Positions 11,093-20,064 of a stretch of DNA of 24,303 bases are shown here, one piece after another. This DNA is from Octopus sinensis. Lineage: Eukaryota. The position numbers and the translations under genes were made by a program. The notes under the pieces are model-generated. The model saw only the letters and a list, made by a program, of their open reading frames with translations. It was not told where the DNA came from and made no database searches. The stretch covers positions 1-24,303 of the forward strand of contig NW_021836411.1 in assembly GCF_006345805.1 (NCBI RefSeq). Direction: 5' to 3'. Position 1 is the stretch's first letter; each line of letters opens with the position of its first letter.

Positions 11093-11850
11093 ATCATCAT
11101 TGTTTAACGTCCGCTTTCCATGCTAGCATAGGTTGGACGATTTGACTGAGTGCTGGCTAACCAGATGGCTGCACCAGGCTCCAATTTTGATCTGGCAGAG
11201 TTTCTACAGCTGAATGCCCTTCCTAATGCCAACCACTCCGAGAGTGTAGTAGGTGCTTTTACGTGCCACCGGCACAAGGGCCAGTCAGGTGGTACTGGCA
11301 ATGGCCACAAAAAAAATCATGTTTTTTTTTACATGTCACTTGCATACCGGCACAAGTGCCAGTAAAATGACGTTGGTAGCGATCACGCTCAACTGGTGCT
11401 TTTTACGTGCCACCGGCACGAACATCAGTTAGCCACTCTGGCAACAGTCACACTTGGATGGTGCTCTTACTGCTCCACTAGCACAGATGCCAGTCATCGA
11501 ATTTGATTTCGATTTCACTTGCCTCAACAGGTCTTCACAAGCAGTGTCCAATGAAGGGAAGGTATGCATAAGTGGGCTAGTTACACCCCTGGCATAGGCC
11601 ACAAGGTTATGGTCTCACTTGGCTTGCCAGGTCTTCTCAAGCACAGCATATTTCCAAAAGTCTTGGTCACTGGTCATTGCCTCAGTGAGGCCTAATGTTC
11701 GAAGGTTGTGCTTCACCACTTCATCCCAGGTCTTCCTGAGTCTACCTCTTCCACAGGTTCCCTCAACCGCTAGAGTGTGGCACTTTTCACACAGCTATCC
11801 TCATCCATTCTTGCCACATGACCATACCAGTGCAGTCATCTCTCTTGCAG
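11093..11850 (-). mobile_element. RTE-clade LINE 3' end (ORF C-terminus, tandem-repeat 3' UTR, GAT tail), 5'-truncated
   Basis: 11850-11615(-) reads QER*LHWYGHVARMDEDSCVK/KCHTLAVEGTCGRGRLRKTWDEVVKHNL..WKYAVLEKTWQAK*. The UTR repeats CTTTTACGTGCCACCGGCAC units, and the tail ATCATCAT is at 11093-11100. Confidence 0.88.
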
Positions 11851-11949
11851 AAGGCATTATTATTATTATCCTGAAAATCACTTGTGTAAATTACACAGGT
11901 GCACAAATTACATGGATTTTTACGGTGTATATATGTGTGTACTTGTATG

Positions 11950-12248
11950 TCTGTCTTTTTGTTCTTTTACCTGTTTCAGTCGTTTGACTACAGCCATGCT
12001 AGGACACTGCCTTGAAATATTATTGACTTCAGTACTTATTCAACTGCTCTCTTTTTGTTGAACCATTAAGTTTCAAAGATCTAAACAAGCCAACACTTGT
12101 CAAGTAATGAGAGGCAGACACACACCCACTGATCTTATATATAGCTCAACTTATCAACAGTTTTCATCTAACAGATCCACTCATCAGCCTGCTACCATAG
12201 TAGAAGACATTGACTTGCCAAAGGTGCTGCAAAAACCATGTGGTTGTG
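11950..12248 (-). mobile_element. Diverged SINE family B copy
   Basis: CTGTTTCAGTCGTTTGACTACAGCCATGCTAG..CAGTACTTATTC..ATAGTAGAAGACA..AAGGTGC..AACCATGTGGTTG aligns to 8240-8658. Confidence 0.7.
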
Positions 12249-12262
12249 CATTTTAGAAAATT

Positions 12263-12638
12263 ACTATTTTTAGATCTCGCGAGAGATATTCAGCAACAGT
12301 ACTTTGGAGTAAAGATTGTTTGCCAACATAACATGGCAGTCCTGGTTAAGGACGAATGTTGCTGTAATTTAACCCGAGGAACAATTATTCTGTGCTGATG
12401 AAGGGAAATAACCTGGAAATTGCGGTACACAGATATTGTTTTGAGCTGAGTGGGGTGCTAGATCCCCTTGTTCAAAAATATAAAGACACAGATCGTGTCA
12501 TATAGCCAGCTGGAGACGATGTCTCCCGGGGATAAATTACAGCAATATTCATCCTAAACCAGGACTGCCATGTTATGTTGACAAACAATCTTTACTCCAG
12601 ATTGCATTTTATTCTGAATTACTCAGTTGAGGATCAAT
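12263..12638. mobile_element. About 375-bp element with about 115-bp inverted arms and GATC ends, with a hammerhead in the spacer
   Basis: 12303-12380 (TGGAGTAAAGATTGTTTGCCAACATAACATGGCAGTCCTGGTT..GCTGTAATTTA) is the reverse complement of 12521-12601. Weaker similarity extends to GATC at both ends. No TSD was found. Confidence 0.75.
12380..12440 (+). ncRNA. Minimal type-I hammerhead ribozyme motif
   Basis: CTGTG-CTGATGA-AGGG-AAATAA-CCTG-GAAA-TTGCGG-TA-CACAG. Stem I is CTGTG/CACAG, extended by AACAAT/ATTGTT. The core CUGAUGA and GAAA are intact, with a GUA triplet (cleavage 3' of 12427). Confidence 0.72.
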
Positions 12639-12884
12639 CTGCCTATTTAAGTATATGAAAGACTACATTGTCCAATATGTCCTTCCTTTTGTAAGAGGAT
12701 AAGCATGTGATATGAAGATTTGGTTTGCAGGTTTCTTCATGGCTTCTAGAGTTATCAACATTGTCAGAGTGGTGATCCCTACATCTTAAACCACATAATT
12801 GAAGTAGGGTATATAATGAAAGATATATATCAACATCTGATTTGTTATTTTTTGGTAGCATGAGTAAAACACTCTATACACTGT

Positions 12885-12982
12885 AAAGTGACTGGCATTA
12901 AGAAGGGTATCCAGCCATAGAAACCATGCCAAAGCAGATACTGGAGCATGATGCAGTGCTTGGATCCTGTCCATACACCCCA
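12885..12982 (+). mobile_element. Degenerate fragment of the RTE 3' UTR
   Basis: TGGCATTAAGAAGGGTATCCAGCCATAGAAACCATGCC matches TGGCGTTAGGAAGGGCATCCAGCCGTAGAAACACTGCC at 19914-19951. Confidence 0.6.
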
Positions 12983-13109
12983 CTACCAGAAAGTAATTTT
13001 GGCTTCTCTTGATTCTGTGTACACTAATGCAGCTTTTTTTTCATTCCTGATTCGTTTGTTTACCTGATACCATTCTATTGTTGTCTATTGTTTCATAGTT
13101 TCTCTGGTA

Positions 13110-14072
13110 TTAACAAAGTAATAACAATAATTGTTTCTGATTTAGACACAAGGCCAGTGTTTTTGAGAGGAGAGGAACAGTCAAAACCATTGACTCCAGT
13201 AATTAACTGGCAATTTATCAGCCCTGATGAAAGGCAGATTTGACCATGGCAGGATTCAGATTTAGAATGTAAAAAACCAGAGCAACTATTGTAAGGCATT
13301 TTGTCTGATGGTCCAATGATTTTGCCATTTGCCACTTAATAGTAATGGGTTTTAATTGATTACATTGACCCTAATACTTGACTAGCAGTTTATTTTTATC
13401 GTCGCTGAAAGGATTAAAGGCAAAGTTGATCTGTGCAGGATTTGAACTCAGAATGTAAAGAACTTAAATTCTGCAAGGCATTTTTCCATTATTCTAACCA
13501 CCCTGATTAACTGTTTACAATTTAGGTTTCAAGGCCAGCAGATTTGAGGAGTGGTACTTATTTGATACCATCAACCTCAGTGACATGCCTGGTACTTTAT
13601 TTTATTGACCTCCAGAAGGATAAAAAGTTAAGTTCACTTTGATAGGATTTAAACTTAATGTAAAGAGGTGGAAGAAATATTGCAAAGCATTCTGTTTGCT
13701 TTTCTAATTCTGTCAGGTCACTGCCCTTAATGCTGATAGTAATAATAATAATAATTCTTTGTACTATAAGCACAAGGTTTGGAATTTGTTAGGAGGGGCT
13801 AGTTGATTTCATCAACCCTGGTGCTCAATTGGGTCTTATTTATCAACCCCGAAAGAATGTTTCTAACTTCAGTGCAAAGCCACCATAAAGAGCTGGAAGG
13901 AATACTACAAGACATTCATTCCAACACTCTAATGATTTGGCCAGCTTGCTACACTTAATGGTGTTTCATTTAGGCACAGGCCAGCATTTTTTCAGGAGAG
14001 GTTAGTTGATACTATTAACTCCAGTACTTCTCTGGTATTTTATTTTATTAATCCTGAAAGGACAAAAAGCAA
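13110..14072 (-). mobile_element. Cluster of five co-oriented, diverged SINE family A copies (about 13110-13335, 13345-13500, 13520-13725, 13738-13955, 13965-14072)
   Basis: The module order repeats five times: CACAAGG..TTGAT/ATTGAC..TACTT/GGTA..TTTAT..GAAAGGA..AAAG..GATTTGAACTCAGAATGTAAAG..GCATT..CTAA..GCC. AAT runs lie between several copies. Confidence 0.7.
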
Positions 14073-14106
14073 AGTTGTCCTACCGTGTGCATGTGTATAT
14101 ATATAC

Positions 14107-14149
<43 letters not shown>

Positions 14150-14163
14150 CATATATACATATC

Positions 14164-14419
14164 TCTCTTACTTGTTTCAGTCATTTGACAGCGGCCATGC
14201 TGGAGCACCATTTTATAGTCAGGCAAATCGACCCCAGAGCTTATTCTTTGTAAGCCTAGTACTTATTCTATCGGTCTCTTTTGGCAAACTGCTAAGTTTC
14301 GGGGGCGTAAACACACCAGCATCGGTTGTCAAGTGATGCTGGGAGGACAAACAGACACATAAACATATACACACACACACACACACACACCATATATATA
14401 TATATATATATATATACGA
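14164..14419 (-). mobile_element. 3' half of SINE family B
   Basis: Aligns to 8245-8497 (CTTGTTTCAGTCATTTGAC..CACACCAGCATCGGTTGTCAAG..TATACGA). Confidence 0.85.
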
Positions 14420-14430
14420 TGAAGATGCTT

Positions 14431-14465
14431 CTGATGAGAACCCAATAAGGTTCGAAAATCGATTT
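14431..14465 (+). ncRNA. Hammerhead ribozyme core (stem I probably lost)
   Basis: CTGATGA-GAACC-CAATAA-GGTTC-GAAA-ATCGAT-TT. The core is canonical, stem II is a perfect 5 bp, and stem III is the palindrome AATCGATT. No good stem I is visible. Confidence 0.55.
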
Positions 14466-14469
14466 GCGA

Positions 14470-14610
14470 GGCGCAGGAGTGGCTGTGTGCAGTTTGGAAA
14501 AAAAAGACCGATAGAATAAGTACTAGGCTTACAAAGAATAAGTCCCGCAGTTGATTTACTCAACTAAAGGCATTGCTCCAGCATGGCCACAATCAAATGA
14601 TTGAAACAAG
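14470..14610 (+). mobile_element. Internally deleted SINE family B (first 20 bp fused to the 3' tail)
   Basis: GGCGCAGGAGTGGCTGTGTG joins directly to CAGTTTGG..AGACCGATAGAATAAGTACTAGGC..GAAACAAGTAAAAGAGT. Confidence 0.8.
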
Positions 14611-14619
14611 TAAAAGAGT

Positions 14620-15112
14620 ATATGCATACGTATATATATATCTATATATATATGTATATTTATGCATATATAAGCATATGTATATATATATATATATATA
14701 TATGCATATGTATATGTGTGTGTGTATATGTATATGTGTGTGTGTGTGTGAATATGTGTATATATGTGTGTGTGTGTATATATGTGTGTATATAAATGTG
14801 AGTATATATGTGTGTTGTGTTCTTGAGCAAGATACTTTATTTCACATTGCTCCAGTTCACTCAGCTGTAGAAATGAGTTGCAACGTCATAGATGCTGAGC
14901 TGTATTGGCCTTTGCCTTTCCCTTAGATAACACTGGTGATGTGGAGTGGGGAGGCTGGTATGCAACGACGACTGCTGGTCTTCCATAAACAACCTTGATT
15001 GGACTTGTGCCTGGGAGGGTAACTTTCTAGGTGCAATCCCATGGTCTGTGTCGTGACCGAAGGGGGTCTCAGCATATATAAATGTGCTTATATATATATA
15101 TGTGTGTGTGTA

Positions 15113-15158
<46 letters not shown>

Positions 15159-15250
15159 GCATGTATATATATGTGTGTATATATATATGTGTGTGTGGGT
15201 ATATATATATGGTGTGTATATAATATATATGTGTGTGTGTGTGTATATAT
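14620..15250. repeat. Complex (TA)n/(TG)n microsatellite tracts flanking a SINE (14620-14812 and 15073-15250)
   Basis: Directly visible dinucleotide arrays. Confidence 0.95.
14813..15070 (+). mobile_element. CORE-type SINE family C, tRNA head missing
   Basis: TTGTGTTCTTGAGCAAGATACTTTA..TCACTCAGCTGTAGAAATGAGT is CORE-like. It is followed by a GC-richer tail ending GACCGAAGGGGGTCTC. Confidence 0.6.
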
Positions 15251-15638
15251 GGCAAAAAGAAAATGGAAGGGATACAGAAATGACATATATCAACTGTTAG
15301 ACATTCTATTACGTCTACTTATTTATTCTAAAATATTTGTAAAAATACATGCATATGCAAAGAGTGTGTGTTAGAGACATGTACCAATAATACCATTGGA
15401 CGAAATAACATGAACCTTGGAAAGCACATATGAAATCTATATATGCCTATATATATATATATTTCCCTTTCATATGCCTTACCATTTCTATTAAGTTGTA
15501 CTCCTCTCACACTATAATGTTTGCTCCTATTCTTCTTATCCCCTCTTCAATAAGAATAATATACTGTACCTATTGGTAACTGATTCTTATGTATTTGTGT
15601 ATGTATGTGTGTATATATATATGTTTGTACATGTGTGT

Positions 15639-15979
15639 ATGTCAAGTTGGTTGTCATCCAGGTTTTCTTGAAACCATTTGCAGTAATCTAATCTTTTGGT
15701 AAAATCAGCAGGAATAGGTTCATGTAAAGAGGACATGCAATTTGCAAAGAGCAGTATGGCAGCTGCCAACAGATAATTCAGTTTCATGAGACAAGCATTG
15801 CACATTTCCTGGGACTGCAAAGAATTCGTTGACGGATATCTTCCACAACATCATCAGAAAAGCGAGTACGTCGGCAAACGTGTTACTTGTTTTCAACTGA
15901 GCCTGTCTTCCTAAACTTTTTAATCAGAACATTAATCGCCTACTTTGTTGGCAGAGGCACATTTGGATATTTGCTCTTA
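15639..15979 (-). pseudogene. Internal fragment of the rosa-like mariner, corresponding to 20288-20626
   Basis: Near-identical reverse complement. ORFs 15587-15820(-) and 20370-20648(+) share CNACLMKL..RLDYCKWFQENLDDNQLD. Microsatellites bound both ends. Confidence 0.92.
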
Positions 15980-16000
15980 TATATATATATATATATATAT

Positions 16001-16092
16001 AACGGGAAGGTTTACGAAAATAAACAAAAGACGAAGGCAGGTGGAGTACAAACAAACAAATGTATTAGTATGGCGCTCAGGAATAGAAATAG

Positions 16093-16156
<64 letters not shown>

Positions 16157-16344
16157 TATATATATAGGGAGAATTCACGAAAAAAACAAAAGACAAAGAC
16201 AGGTGGTGTAGAAAACAAACAGATGTATTAGTATAATGCTCGGGAACTGAATAAGTCTTTAACGTTTCAAGCCTACGCTCTTCCACAGAAAGAAACAAGG
16301 AGAGAAAAAAAATGTGTGTAGTGGCTACCGATCTATCATGGCGA
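16001..16344 (-). mobile_element. Two tandem copies (partial 16001-16095, complete 16167-16344) of a short hammerhead-bearing, (TA)n-embedded repeat, probably PLE-derived
   Basis: 16167-16344 aligns end to end with 19167-19352. The minus strand at 16293-16256 reads TCTTT-CTGTGGA-A-GAGC-GTAG-GCTT-GAAACGT-T-AAAGA. Confidence 0.7.
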
Positions 16345-16383
16345 ATGCTGGACAGAAGGGTCACACAGGAGAGCGAATAAATA

Positions 16384-16414
<31 letters not shown>

Positions 16415-16955
16415 GCATCATCCCTCTTAACCTTTTAGACCCTCCTTTTGACCCTCTGATGAAGTCTTGAGGCACACTCAATACCCAAATTTTATCTACC
16501 AATCCATACAGAATACTGAAGAGATAGAAATAACATGCAGGGTATAGTGGCCTCTTGGCAGAAATATCCGTAAGGAACTTCTTTTACTCTTTTATGTATT
16601 ACTAGTGCATATGTTTGTAACACAGTCTTTGCATTTGTATGTATTATTACAAATGTTTTAGAATAAATTATTTATTTATAATAGAATGTCTAACAGTTGA
16701 TATATGTCATCTCTGTATCCCCTCCATTTTGTTTTTGCTGCATAAATTAAGGGTAAACCACCTTTTACCCCCACCCATTTATTACACTTGATTGTGAAAT
16801 TGTCATAACCAGCGCTAACCAGCACTCGAGTATTATTAATAATTGGGTACTCTACCAGCAATATATTGGATAGGTACTATCATTTATATACACATGTATA
16901 AATATGTGTGTGTATATATATGTGTATATAAATATACACATGTGTATATATATAT

Positions 16956-17671
16956 ATATCAAACAAATTAAAAACAGAACACAAAGGATATCGCGGTACA
17001 CATGTTTCAAGCTTTATAAACAATCTGTTATTACATCAGTATATTAATGATATAAAAGATGGTTTAAAGCTCTCTTCAGCCGCAAACATTGTTGGTCCAA
17101 AGATTACATCACAAAATAAAAAGTACACGTAGTATTACCCATTATAATAGGTTTATCATATCTTGAAAAAGTATATTTGTATAAAGGTTCGTTGGATTTC
17201 AAAAATCTGCCCATACTGTACCACTATTCAGCATAGAGTGAACGTTAAATAGATTGGATTGAGTTTAATTAGCATGTATAAGACAGAAAGAAAAAAAGAA
17301 AAGTTATTTTATTTCTTACTTTATTTTTTCTTTCTATCTTATACACGCTAATTAAATATAAACTCAATCCAATCTATTTAACATTCACTCTATGCTGAAT
17401 GGTGATACAGTATGGGCAGATTTTTGAAATCCACTGAACCTTTATACAAATATACTTTTTCATTGAGATATGATAAACCTATTATAATGGGTAATACTAT
17501 GTGTACTTTTTATTTTGTGATGTAATCTTTGGACTAACAATGTTTGCGGCTAAAGAGAGCTTTAAGCCATCTTTTATATCAATGGTATCTGTAATAACAG
17601 ATTGTTTATAAAGCTTGAAACACGTGTACCGTGATATCCTTTGTGTTCTGTTTTTAATTTATGTTTGATAT
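16956..17671. repeat. About 715-bp near-perfect palindrome (arms about 345 bp) in TA context
   Basis: ATCAAACA..AAAAACAGAACACAAAGGATATC..TATAAGA.AGAAAG is mirrored by CTTTCT.TCTTATA..GATATCCTTTGTGTTCTGTTTTT..TGTTTGAT, with the centre near 17310. Confidence 0.93.
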
Positions 17672-17743
17672 ATTCTCTCACCTCTGCCACTATCTGGCAT
17701 ATACAGGTGCTTACACTTATCAAGTATTCACTCTAAATTTACA

Positions 17744-17786
<43 letters not shown>

Positions 17787-17849
17787 CATACATGTATACA
17801 TATGTATATATGTGTGTGTGTGTGTGTTAGGTATCCTATGATCTGGATA

Positions 17850-18330
17850 CCTATACCTAACACAACTCCAAATAACAGTAATAAAACTAAAAGTATAAAT
17901 AGGAAGCCAAAAAGTTGCAATCGTAGGTACCCTGAATTATGTCCACTCGCAGATCTAGGTCTATGCAAAAATATAATATATAAATGTACAGTGACAAATG
18001 AAAAACAGCAAACTAGGGTATATATAGGAAGTACCAAAGACTTAAAAAAAAGGGTATAGAATACATTCCATTAATAAGTTAAAACACAGAAGCTCTATGG
18101 CGCTAGCAAGCTATATACACAATTTAAAATTGCAAAACATTAACTATACATTGTGTTGGTCAATCATAGATGAGGCCCCACCATACAATACCACTAACAG
18201 CAGATGTCAACTGTGTATAAAAGAATCGTACATTATCCTTTGCATTTTTAATTCTAATGTTTCAAATAAGTTCTCTGAAGCTATTCATTTGTGTAACTGT
18301 AGATATTATTCAACTTTTAGGAGGAAATTT
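17850..18330 (+). pseudogene. Penelope-like element C-terminal GIY-YIG endonuclease relic
   Basis: KSCNRRYPELCPLADLGLCKNIIYKCTVT..VYIGSTKDLKKR* / KHRSSMALASYIHNLK..WSII..PYN..RCQLCIKE..NKFSE. The GIY (IIY) and YIG motifs and the Cys linker typical of EN+ PLEs are present. Confidence 0.85.
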
Positions 18331-19070
18331 AAATTCAAACCCGCATAGTAACATTTTCTACAGTACAACAATTTATTACCACTTGGTTATAATTTTAAAA
18401 AACAAAAAACTCCTTCCTGCCCTCTTAATAATTTCCATAACATGTACGTTTCTTATATAAAACAAATTAATTAATACTTCCAAAACAAACACATTTCAGG
18501 CGCAAGCACTATTCTGATAATGGGGGCATTCTTTGGAAGTGAATCATAAGATTCACTTGTACTCTTGGAACATACCCTTGAAACGATCATAGGAATACTT
18601 CTTTTCGTTTAAGTATGGTACTAAAAACAACCTCTTTTTAAACATTTATTACTCCCTGCATTCCATAATTTTTAAACGAAATGTCTTTCTATATATATAT
18701 TTTATTATCCTCATCTATATTTTTAGCTATGCTCCATTATATTTATATATGTATATATTTATTTGTCCTCACATATTTTTAACATTCATATATATTTTAT
18801 ATTTCTATAACTCTATACTTTGAATGTATTAATATATTTTCGACAATTCTTTTTATTAAATCCGTATATATATACACCAGTCGTAGTCTGCCTGAGTTGA
18901 ACTTCTATATATATATAGCGGAAAATAAGAAAAATCAATGAAAATGCATATTGTAAATCAAAAAAAGTATACGCTTTTTATGAAAAGTAATGAAAGATAT
19001 ATACAATTAGGTGAACTGAGGTAGGAATAAAAGTGATAAAAGTCATTGTTGTGAATTATTAAAGAGATTC

Positions 19071-19106
19071 AAGCATACCAGTTTCGTAAGTTACTAATCA
19101 TTGCTT
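19071..19106 (-). ncRNA. Degenerate minimal hammerhead motif
   Basis: The minus strand reads AAGCA-ATGATTA-GTAACTTAC-GAAA-CTGG-TA-TGCTT. Stem I is a perfect 5 bp, stem II is short, and the triplet is GUA. The core has two substitutions relative to CTGATGA. Confidence 0.5.
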
Positions 19107-19135
19107 TGGATGCACATATATATATGTATATATGC

Positions 19136-19166
<31 letters not shown>

Positions 19167-19349
19167 GGGAGAATTCATGAAAAAAAGACAAAGACAGGTG
19201 GTGTAGAAAACAAACAGATGTATTAATATAACGCTCGGGAATTGAAAAAGTCTTTTACATTTTGAGCCTGTGCTCTTCTCCACAGAAAGGAACACAGATA
19301 GAAACAAGGAGAGAAAAAAATGTGTGTAGTGGCTACTGATCTATCATGG

Positions 19350-19352
<3 letters not shown>
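19167..19352 (-). mobile_element. Further copy of the short hammerhead-bearing repeat
   Basis: Aligns with 16167-16344 and has (TA)n on both sides. The motif has decayed to CTGTGGAGAA-GAGC-ACAG-GCTC-AAAATGT-A. Confidence 0.75.
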
Positions 19353-19390
<38 letters not shown>

Positions 19391-19395
19391 ACAAT

Positions 19396-19463
19396 GGACA
19401 CGAACGGATGGTGCTTTTACGTGCCACTGGCACGGGGGCCAGGTGAGGCTAGCAGCGGACACG
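19396..19463 (-). mobile_element. One unit of the RTE 3' UTR tandem repeat, inverted relative to 19741-19880
   Basis: GGACACGAACGGATGGTGCTTTTACGTGCCA is the exact reverse complement of TGGCACGTAAAAGCACCATCCGTTCGTGTCC. Confidence 0.8.
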
Positions 19464-19740
19464 ATACACACATATATATACAGTTGCGGCCAAAATGTTC
19501 AGAAAGGCACTGCTTTCGCGAGAAAAGCAGGTATAAGCCCCTATCAAAGTTGTTCTATATTCTACAACTCTCACACACAACAAATACGATAGTAATTGCT
19601 ACTGTCTGAGATTTTGGTGTAATTTGAGAGGATAATACAAAAGTTATGGATGATTTAGTGATTACACTAAAATCTCAGACAACAACAATTAATATCGTAC
19701 CCATTGTCCGTGAAAACTATAGAACACAAAACAACTTTAT

Positions 19741-20057
19741 TGCCAGCCACGCCTGGCACGTAAAAGCACCATCCGTTCGTGTCCGTTGCCAGCCTCGCCC
19801 AGCCCCCGTGCGGGTGGCACGTAAAAGCACCATCCGTTCGTGTCCGTTTGCCAGCTTCGTCTGGCACCTGTGCGGGTGGCACGTAAAAAGCACCCACTAC
19901 ACTCACGGAGTGGTTGGCGTTAGGAAGGGCATCCAGCCGTAGAAACACTGCCAGATCTGACTGGGCCTGATGCAGCCCTCCGGCTTCACAGACCCCAGTT
20001 GAACCGTCCAACCCATGCTAGCATGGAAAACGGACGCTAAATGATGATGATGATGAT
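19741..20057 (+). mobile_element. RTE-related 3' UTR with tandem units of about 60 bp and an (ATG)n tail
   Basis: Reverse-complement homology to 11093-11420 (CCAACCCATGCTAGCATGGAAAACGGACG..ATGATGATG). It carries three TGGCACGTAAAAGCACC units. Confidence 0.85.
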
Positions 20058-20064
20058 TTATATA

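Larger units (their letters stand above)
10413..11927 (-). mobile_element. Internally deleted pogo/Tc2-type DNA transposon (Brinker-type DNA-binding domain) carrying a SINE + RTE insertion
   Basis: TA|CACCATGAAAACCCATGTAATTTACACAC (10413-10441) matches the reverse complement of 11899-11927|TA at 23/29 positions. Subterminal TAAATTACA repeats are present. The minus strand from ATG 11018 reads MGRIYESFTVKEKL/YVEYAFERGNRAAGRHFNVN*AHVRN*RKQ, a POGK-like BrkDBD. Confidence 0.8.
15251..16745. repeat. Inverted repeat pair (15251-15405 / 16597-16740)
   Basis: GCAAAAAGAAAATGGAAGGGATACAGAAATGACATATATCAACTGTTAGACATTCTATTA..GCAAAGA is the reverse complement of 16625-16738. The ORF track shows the shared peptide KWxGYRxDIYQLLDILL on opposite strands. 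Confidence 0.85.

Noticed and set aside
11250-11480. Spaced short repeats resembling a CRISPR array
   Set aside because: They are tandem units of the RTE 3' UTR with mutually similar spacers, in a eukaryotic context with no cas genes.
12731-12803. Possible exon after TTTGCAG| or TTCTAG|
   Set aside because: It has stops in most frames, weak donors and no recognisable peptide.
13223-13240. CTGATGAAAGGC as a hammerhead core
   Set aside because: It is a mutated form of the SINE A motif CCTGAAAGGATGAAAGGC, with no supporting stems.
14006-16502. Many ORFs rich in Y/I/C/V/H/T
   Set aside because: They are translations of (TA)n/(TG)n/(CA)n microsatellites and SINEs.
18537-18558. Perfect 9-bp hairpin AAGTGAATC-ATAA-GATTCACTT in the PLE 3' region
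   Set aside because: The flanks do not give a hammerhead or SECIS core, and a single short hairpin is expected by chance in AT-rich DNA.
19481-19500. Tc1-like terminus TA|CAGTTGCGGCCAAAA
   Set aside because: I found no partner TIR or transposase, so it is not called as an element.
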